A DNA stretch of 64,000 nucleotides, from the IMG/VR virus record IMGVR_UViG_2744054842_000001, positions 11,649 through 75,648 of that record. One strand, 5' to 3'. The DNA is from a virus (taxonomy: Duplodnaviria > Caudoviricetes). Of the stretch, positions 58,202-64,000 are shown in pieces. Made by a program: the position numbers and the translations under genes. The notes under the pieces were generated by a model. It worked only from the letters and a program-made list of their open reading frames with translations, had not been told where the DNA came from and did not search any database. The first letter of the stretch is position 1. Each line of letters starts with the position of its first letter.

Positions 58202-59221
58202 TTAGCGCAGGCGGCCGAGTTTACTCCACAAGCCCACCACGGTGTTCTCCACCGTGCCACTGGCAGCCATGCCGATTCGCTCCTGCAGGCTCTTGCGTTC
58301 GGCGTAGTGCAGGTGGAACAGGTTGGCGTTGCGCGCGCGCTCGCTGAGGTACTCGTCACTGGTCTGCAGCTGGTCCACCAGCTTGCGGTTGAGTGCCGCG
58401 ACGCCCAGCCAGACTTCGCCAGTGGCCACTTCGTCGATGTGCAGCTGTGGACGATAGCGGGCAACGAAGTCCTTGAACAGCTGGTGGGTGATGTCCAGGT
58501 CTTCCTGGAACTTCTCCCGGCCCTTCTCGGTGTTCTCGCCGAACACGGTCAGGGTGCGCTTGTACTCACCGGCGGTCAGCACTTCGAAATCGATGTCGTG
58601 CTTCTTCAACAGGCGGTTGACGTTGGGCAACTGCGCCACCACGCCGATGGAACCCAGCACGGCGAACGGTGCGCTGACGATCTTCTCGCCGATGCAGGCC
58701 ATCATGTAACCACCGCTGGCGGCCACCTTGTCGATGCACACGGTCAACGGGATGCCGGCCTGGCGAATGCGCGCCAGTTGCGATGCGGCCAGGCCGTAGC
58801 TGTGCACCAGGCCACCACCGCTTTCAAGGCGCAGCACCACTTCGTCACGCGGGGTGGCGAGGGTCAGCAGCGCGGTGATTTCGTTGCGCAGGCTTTCGGT
58901 GGCAGAGGCTTTGATGTCACCATCGAAGTCCAGCACGAAGACCCGGTCCTTTTCCTCGGCCTTGCCCTTCTTCTGCTGTTTTTCCGCCTTGGCCTGCTGC
59001 TTGCGCAAGGCCTTGAGCTGGGCCTTGTCGAGCAGGCCGGACTCCAGGCGCTCGCGCAGGTCCTTGTAGAACTCGTTCAGGCGGGTGACCTGCAATTGCC
59101 CACCCGATTTGCGCCGCCCCTTGCCGCGCAGCCCGGCGATGGCCGACAGCACTATCAGGATGGCGATGACCAGGGTGGCGGTTTTGGCGAGAAAGCTTGC
59201 GTATTCAGCAAGAAACTCCAC
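58202..59221 (-). CDS. sohB: Inner-membrane peptidase SohB (S49)
   Basis: LESGGG.VHSYGLAASQL, AASGGYMMAC, TAGEYKRTL. Confidence 0.95.
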   Translation of the reverse strand: MEFLAEYASFLAKTATLVIAILIVLSAIAGLRGKGRRKSGGQLQVTRLNEFYKDLRERLESGLLDKAQLKALRKQQAKAEKQQKKGKAEEKDRVFVLDFDGDIKASATESLRNEITALLTLATPRDEVVLRLESGGGLVHSYGLAASQLARIRQAGIPLTVCIDKVAASGGYMMACIGEKIVSAPFAVLGSIGVVAQLPNVNRLLKKHDIDFEVLTAGEYKRTLTVFGENTEKGREKFQEDLDITHQLFKDFVARYRPQLHIDEVATGEVWLGVAALNRKLVDQLQTSDEYLSERARNANLFHLHYAERKSLQERIGMAASGTVENTVVGLWSKLGRLR

Positions 59222-59605
59222 AGTAGTCCTCAATGCCCGGAATTAAAGGGCTACGCTACCATGGCTTGTGACAGTTTGGTACGGTCTTGTGACATTCCGA
59301 AGCACTTGAGGCAGGCTCAGCGGCGCACCTTTCGGGCTTCCTTCTGGGTCCTTATCGCCTGCCCGTGAGGGTCCCTATCGCGCTCACAGGCACCCACGCG
59401 AGGGCCTACGGGGGAACCTGCGCGGGATGTCTTGTAATGGTGACCTTTCAGATTTTTCTGTCAGATTCTCGAAGGGCCTGCTGTGAGCTGACGAGCAGCG
59501 AACTACCGGCGACTACGCGACCATAGCCAGAGGGCTACACGGACGACCAGACAGGCCCAGAGGATGGCCTGTAAGTAGTCCATGGGGTTCTCCTTAGGTT
59601 GATGG

Positions 59606-60337
59606 TTATTTGATGGCCCTGCCCCACTGGTCGATGCCCACAAAGGCAGCTTCACGATTCATGGCATCAGCATTAGCTTTGAGCCATTCATTGAGGCCCT
59701 TGAGGGTGATCTTGAACAGGTGCCCACCATTTTTCGCTGTGACCAGATTGGAAGGCTTGAGGGCCGTGATGTAGCCCTCGCGCAGATAGTCCGGGTGTAG
59801 CTCGGTGAAAACCTGTGAGGGCGTCTCAAGGCTGACCTTACCGGAACTGATAGAGCGCTTACGGGCACGCCCACGGGAGACCAATAAGGCCAGTAGTTTG
59901 TCAGGATGGTTGATACCAGCGAGACGGCAGGCTTCACGCCAGCTATAGCCTACTGAGCGCCCCTTACGGACGTGCTCATTGAAAGCAGGTGCCATTGCAT
60001 TGACCCGTGCCTGGAGGTCGTTGAGAGTGGCGCTGATGGCCTGAGCGGCAAAGGCCGGGTCAGCGGCTTGCTCCAGTTCGATCCAACGACCTACCACGTT
60101 GTGGCGAAGACCCGTGTCATAGCCAGTGATGAGGGTGAAGGTAAGGTGCTTATCGAGGACCAGCATCGGCTTTTCACGGCCACGGCCATCGGTGTAGACC
60201 GCTTCAATGGCCTCAGATTTGAGGGCATTAACTTGAGAGAGAACCGCTCGGGCATCTCGGAGAACGTTGTCGTGGCGCTTGCCAGTCAGCTCAGCGATCT
60301 CAACGGAGGTCATGGTCACGTTGTTATTCATGTTCAT
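59606..60337 (-). CDS. Rha-family regulator
   Basis: MTSVEIAELTGKRHDNVLRD, LITGYD..LR..VV.RW.ELE. Confidence 0.88.
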   Translation of the reverse strand: MNMNNNVTMTSVEIAELTGKRHDNVLRDARAVLSQVNALKSEAIEAVYTDGRGREKPMLVLDKHLTFTLITGYDTGLRHNVVGRWIELEQAADPAFAAQAISATLNDLQARVNAMAPAFNEHVRKGRSVGYSWREACRLAGINHPDKLLALLVSRGRARKRSISSGKVSLETPSQVFTELHPDYLREGYITALKPSNLVTAKNGGHLFKITLKGLNEWLKANADAMNREAAFVGIDQWGRAIK

Positions 60338-60583
60338 TGTCGATTTCCTTTTGTTCGCCCTCTGAGTCGCACCCACGGACCAGCCCACAGACCCCGACAA
60401 GGGTGCTGGCGTGGCCTCAAAGGGCGAACAGAAGAACTGTGGATTGAATGCCCGTGCGTGGGCAGAAATGGTTTGCACATCCAGAAAATGGACGCACAAA
60501 GGGGAAGCTATGCAGAATTTGCACAGGTGACGCGGTGCCCCTGCCGGTCCCTCATTAGGTCCGGCCTTACGGGTTCTCTACGA

Positions 60584-61597
60584 TCAGCTCAGGACAATGC
60601 GAGTGACCAGCGGGAACGGTACTTGAACAGTCTGTAGACCATCGGTAGTCAGTTTCACCTTGACCATGCCGTTGGCGATGATGTCCACCATAGCCATGAT
60701 CTCAAGGTCCCAGCCTTGGGCGTTCGGGTTGCGGGTCGCTTCGATGCGCCAGATGTTGCCGTCTTGGCGCTCACGGTAGCTCAGCGAGGTGAACAGCTTG
60801 GGCAACATGAAAATGCCACGGTCGGTGCCGGTGTAGGGCTGAACGCCAGCGCCTATGAGGTCCTCGATAGAGTCCTGACCAGCACGTTGAGCAGCACGCT
60901 CAAGGACAGCCACCAGTGACACTGGCAGCAGGATCACGAAGTCACTCAGCGAGGTGCCCACAGTCTGGTTAACGTGGGTTGTCATAAGATCAATGAGTTC
61001 CTCAGCGATCTCGGTAGGCTTACCCGTAGGCATGGCCACGGAGCGACTCTCGGTGCTTGGGGCAGTCGCCAAGATGGTAGCGACCTTACCGGCTGCGCTG
61101 TACTCGATGTCCCGCATCATCTTGTCAGCGGTCTGTTCCATGGACTGGACAGTGAAGCCCGCTTGAATATTGTGGTCGAGAATGGTGACACGATGGCTGA
61201 TGACCAATGCTGTGTCGGTGGCCTCGGTGAAGATCACGGAACCAGCCAGGACTTCACCCTTCTCGACGGTCTGGTTATCCCAGTTCTTGCGAGGGTCAAA
61301 GGTGACGGAGCGGTCGGCCATGGTGATGATCTGTTGCCCAGTGGCCTCAGAGCCAGCCGGACGGAACTCGCAAGGAGTCGCCTCCATGGCAGCCTTTCGC
61401 CACTCATCGCCGTTCAAGTACTCCTCAGCGGCCTCCACAAGGGCCTCCACATAGACGGACACATCGGTGGCCGCTTGGGTCTCGGGGCGGACATCAGCAG
61501 TGTTGAATCGAATCGACCCGCTTAGGTGGCCGTTACCATCGTGGTAGGTGGCAGTGGTGTAGGTCGAAGGCTTGGTGTACTGGAATGGCTTAGTCAT
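60584..61597 (-). CDS. 337-aa hypothetical protein, possibly capsid-fold
   Basis: AGGAG RBS; size and pattern reminiscent of HK97-fold proteins (weak). Confidence 0.6.
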   Translation of the reverse strand: MTKPFQYTKPSTYTTATYHDGNGHLSGSIRFNTADVRPETQAATDVSVYVEALVEAAEEYLNGDEWRKAAMEATPCEFRPAGSEATGQQIITMADRSVTFDPRKNWDNQTVEKGEVLAGSVIFTEATDTALVISHRVTILDHNIQAGFTVQSMEQTADKMMRDIEYSAAGKVATILATAPSTESRSVAMPTGKPTEIAEELIDLMTTHVNQTVGTSLSDFVILLPVSLVAVLERAAQRAGQDSIEDLIGAGVQPYTGTDRGIFMLPKLFTSLSYRERQDGNIWRIEATRNPNAQGWDLEIMAMVDIIANGMVKVKLTTDGLQTVQVPFPLVTRIVLS

Positions 61598-61649
61598 GAT
61601 TATTGTCTCCTGAAGTGATTGAATGAAGTACGTGTCGAGGGCGGTGCTG

Positions 61650-62051
61650 TTACCAGCCACCACTATTGGCACGAGAGGCTGCTCGGATGCGTTCACTCTG
61701 CTCACGAATGGCAGCGGCTCGGGCCTCCCGATCAGCCTTCGCTTGGGCGATCTCTCGGGGCGACCATTCACGGCACCGCTCAGCATGGGCATTGGCCTCA
61801 GCCTGCAAGCGAGCACGCTGCTGAGCCTTCTGGTACTGGTCTTGGCGGTAATCTCGGGCGACATCGGGAATCGCTTGGAGCGACAGACCGGCCTCATCGA
61901 AGGTCTTAACGATTTCGAATTGACGGCCCTTCAGGGTGCCGCACTGGGCGACCAGCATCGGCAGCATGATGTTCTCGGCGTACTCTCGGTTCAGGGTTTG
62001 GCCGCAGATGGTGACTTCGTTCTTCAGGACCTTAGTGATAGTGATTTTCAT
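61650..62051 (-). CDS. Hypothetical protein
   Basis: AGGAG RBS before MKITITK. Confidence 0.65.
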   Translation of the reverse strand: MKITITKVLKNEVTICGQTLNREYAENIMLPMLVAQCGTLKGRQFEIVKTFDEAGLSLQAIPDVARDYRQDQYQKAQQRARLQAEANAHAERCREWSPREIAQAKADREARAAAIREQSERIRAASRANSGGW

Positions 62052-62267
62052 GGGTTGGGTTCTCCTATTGGGGACCCTTTGATTCGTCCTTGCGCCATAG
62101 ACGCGCACGACCAGACGGCCAAGGAGAAAGCCTTCGCGGGCATCTTCAAGGACGATCAAAAGGTTCTGGGTTTCAAGTGGTGCCAGTTGGCTGGCGGTGT
62201 TGATGACGCTGATTCAGGACATGGCAAGCCTGAAGGGCATCGAAGGGATCAACCGTGGCGACGGTCG

Positions 62268-62558
62268 TCAGGGGCGAGCGGTGAGGACCACAGGTACTGC
62301 ATTGACAGCATGGTAGAAACGAATCAAATCGAGGCCGGTGGCCTTTAAGGTTTCCTCAAGGGGAACCAAGAGGAACGCGCCCAGTTTGCCTGACACATAC
62401 TCAAGGCATCGCTCAGGGCCATTGCTGGTCCGAAGGTTTAGGATCTTGAAGTTAAAGACAGCCAGACGATGGCGACCGGTGGGCATGGCTGCCTCAATAG
62501 ACAACAGGGTCTCTTGGCGTCCTTGTGGAATGCCGTCAAGTACAAAGTGGTAATTCAT
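62268..62558 (-). CDS. Hypothetical protein
   Basis: AAGGAGG RBS. Confidence 0.65.
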   Translation of the reverse strand: MNYHFVLDGIPQGRQETLLSIEAAMPTGRHRLAVFNFKILNLRTSNGPERCLEYVSGKLGAFLLVPLEETLKATGLDLIRFYHAVNAVPVVLTARP

Positions 62559-62976
62559 TGAGACCTCCTTGAAGGCGACTGATCGAATAGGGGGATTATG
62601 GTCGCAAGACCGACCCCTAACTTAGAGGGGTCAGTTAGATTATCTTTTAGATCTTATTTTCAGGTTGATATAAAGATAATAATGATGGAGTTGCTCAAGG
62701 GGAATCTTTAAGTTAAGGCCCCCGAACAACTTGAGCGATACACGGTGGCCCCAATCCCGTGCATGGTCTACCCAACGGTGCCCTTCGTGGGCATCGGTTC
62801 ATGGATCAAGACAATATCAAGCTGTGCTCCTTCCTACTGGAGCCAGACACTGAGGTCTGCTTATCGGGGACTGTTGGCGCTGGCTCGCATCATCGTAATG
62901 GTGGCTGGTCTCTTATCGCTTGGTCGTCGCTGATCGGGAATCGCATGGATGCCCGGTAGGATTGCCCAGGATATCC

Positions 62977-62999
62977 TGTGGCCATAGTGAGTGGATCTG
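62977..62999 (-). promoter_or_regulatory. T7/gh-1-like phage RNAP promoter CAGATCCACTCACTATGGCCACA
   Basis: 19/23 identical to the copy at 63603; CTCACTATGGC core. Confidence 0.65.
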
Positions 63000-63063
63000 G
63001 ACGCCTTGAATTACGGGACCTCCAGAGGCTCCCCCCATAGGGGTTCACCTCACTAATAGCCCA

Positions 63064-63570
63064 TCATGCCCGTGCAAACTCCTTGTGGTTCCGCTCACGG
63101 ATCGCCCGTATACAGTTGGTCGCCGCCTTGAAGTTCTTCAGGTCCGACTCAAAGAGGCGTCCGCCTGCCATGACCGTGACTCGATAATCGCCATTCTTTA
63201 ACTTTGTGATTCCTTTTGGAAGCCCAGAGCGCTTCGATTTTCCTTTGGCATTCCAAGTATTCTCCTGAACGGTGCAGGCGCGTAGGTTCTCAACCTTGTT
63301 ATTCAACTGGTCGCCGTCGATGTGGTCGACAACAAGTTCGGCAGGGTCGATACCGGTGTGCATAAAGAAGATGACTCGATGGGTCCGGTAGAATTGGCCG
63401 TCAAACTTCATTCGATAGTAGCCGTCGCTGCCCATGCTCACGACTGGGCCGACTCGACCGTTTCGACCACGGGTGGCTTTGATGCGGGAGAGGCCCGAGG
63501 GGCTCGCCGGGTCGATCTTGTAGATTTCTTGAAGGGATTCGAGGGATGGCATTGGGGTAAAGCTGGACAT
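63064..63570 (-). CDS. HNH homing endonuclease (HNH_3 with AP2-like tail)
   Basis: HRVIF, VDHIDGD.LNN..ENLR..T..EN. Confidence 0.9.
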   Translation of the reverse strand: MSSFTPMPSLESLQEIYKIDPASPSGLSRIKATRGRNGRVGPVVSMGSDGYYRMKFDGQFYRTHRVIFFMHTGIDPAELVVDHIDGDQLNNKVENLRACTVQENTWNAKGKSKRSGLPKGITKLKNGDYRVTVMAGGRLFESDLKNFKAATNCIRAIRERNHKEFARA

Positions 63571-63602
63571 GGTTGTGGTCCTCCTATGGTTGGTTGTGGT
63601 GT

Positions 63603-63625
63603 CCTGGCCATAGTGAGGGGAACTG
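63603..63625 (-). promoter_or_regulatory. T7/gh-1-like phage RNAP promoter CAGTTCCCCTCACTATGGCCAGG
   Basis: Intergenic, just upstream of the HNH RBS; CCCTCACTATGGC core. Confidence 0.65.
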
Positions 63626-63637
63626 GGTAGTGACGTG

Positions 63638-64000
63638 CTACAAAACACCCACGGCAATCGGGTCGCTCGACTCAGCAGCGTTGTATTGGCCGGTCTTGCG
63701 GATGGTCGGAAGGACTTCCTCGGTGACCCAGCGGCGGAATGGTTCGGACTGAGGCGCCCGTCCACTGAGCAACATGGTGTAAACCTCGGACTCACTAAAC
63801 ATGACCGTGGTGTTACGCATCCGCCTGCCCTTGGAGTCAAGTGGGAGACTGGTATCGGTTTCCTGTACCAGTGCCATTACTTGGCAACCAGCTTTGCGCC
63901 ACTGGCGATTGTTATGGACCGCCGCCTTTGGGTTACCCAGACCTGCTGCCGCTGCTACCTGAGTCGCCACGAACAGCAGGTCATGCTCAGGGTGGCCCAC
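63638..64000 (-). CDS. Bro-N domain protein (5' end off-window)
   Basis: FSESEVY.ML....PQSEPFRRWVTEEVLPTIRKTGQY. Confidence 0.88.
   Translation of the reverse strand: MGHPEHDLLFVATQVAAAAGLGNPKAAVHNNRQWRKAGCQVMALVQETDTSLPLDSKGRRMRNTTVMFSESEVYTMLLSGRAPQSEPFRRWVTEEVLPTIRKTGQYNAAESSDPIAVGVL

Larger units (their letters stand above)
59250..64000 (-). mobile_element. Second phage-derived island (putative satellite of T7-like phages); boundaries approximate, right end off-window
   Basis: Rha, Bro-N and HNH genes, no host genes, two T7-type promoter motifs. Confidence 0.7.

Noticed and set aside
58199-59368. 389-aa + strand ORF
   Set aside because: Antisense shadow of sohB.
63043-63062. Third T7-like promoter (CCTCACTAATAG) on the + strand
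   Set aside because: The match is limited to CTCACTA, lacks TGGC and points against the genes.

Overview
Pseudomonas (putida-group-like) chromosomal window. Positions 1 to ~57970 are most of a lambdoid siphovirus-type prophage. Its tail, head and terminase genes and its replication/nin arm lie on the - strand, a cI/cro switch sits at 41.1-42.2 kb, and the PL recombination arm lies on the + strand. The integrase abuts the 3' end of a tRNA-Cys gene, and the left end runs off the window inside a tail-fibre gene. Host sohB follows, then a second phage-derived element (~59250-64000, truncated). Best candidate for an unusual system: 11807-13106, at the end of an arc/antirepressor operon. It has a stand-alone Cas7/RAMP-like gene, a winged-helix-like partner gene and a non-coding two-unit array. 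Each unit is a conserved hairpin scaffold followed by 10-11 pentamers of the form GGY+NN. This looks like a compact RNA-guided system with a gapped (non-contiguous) guide code, resembling my unverified recollection of the recently reported VIPR systems. Second candidate: the right-hand element has two T7/gh-1-like phage-RNAP promoters, motifs resembling T7 genome ends, and a possible capsid-fold gene, suggesting a satellite of T7-like phages. Also seen: a four-copy dispersed palindrome, a MuF-JAB fusion with a possible immunity ORF, two TA modules and several morons. All annotation is by eye; no searches were run.
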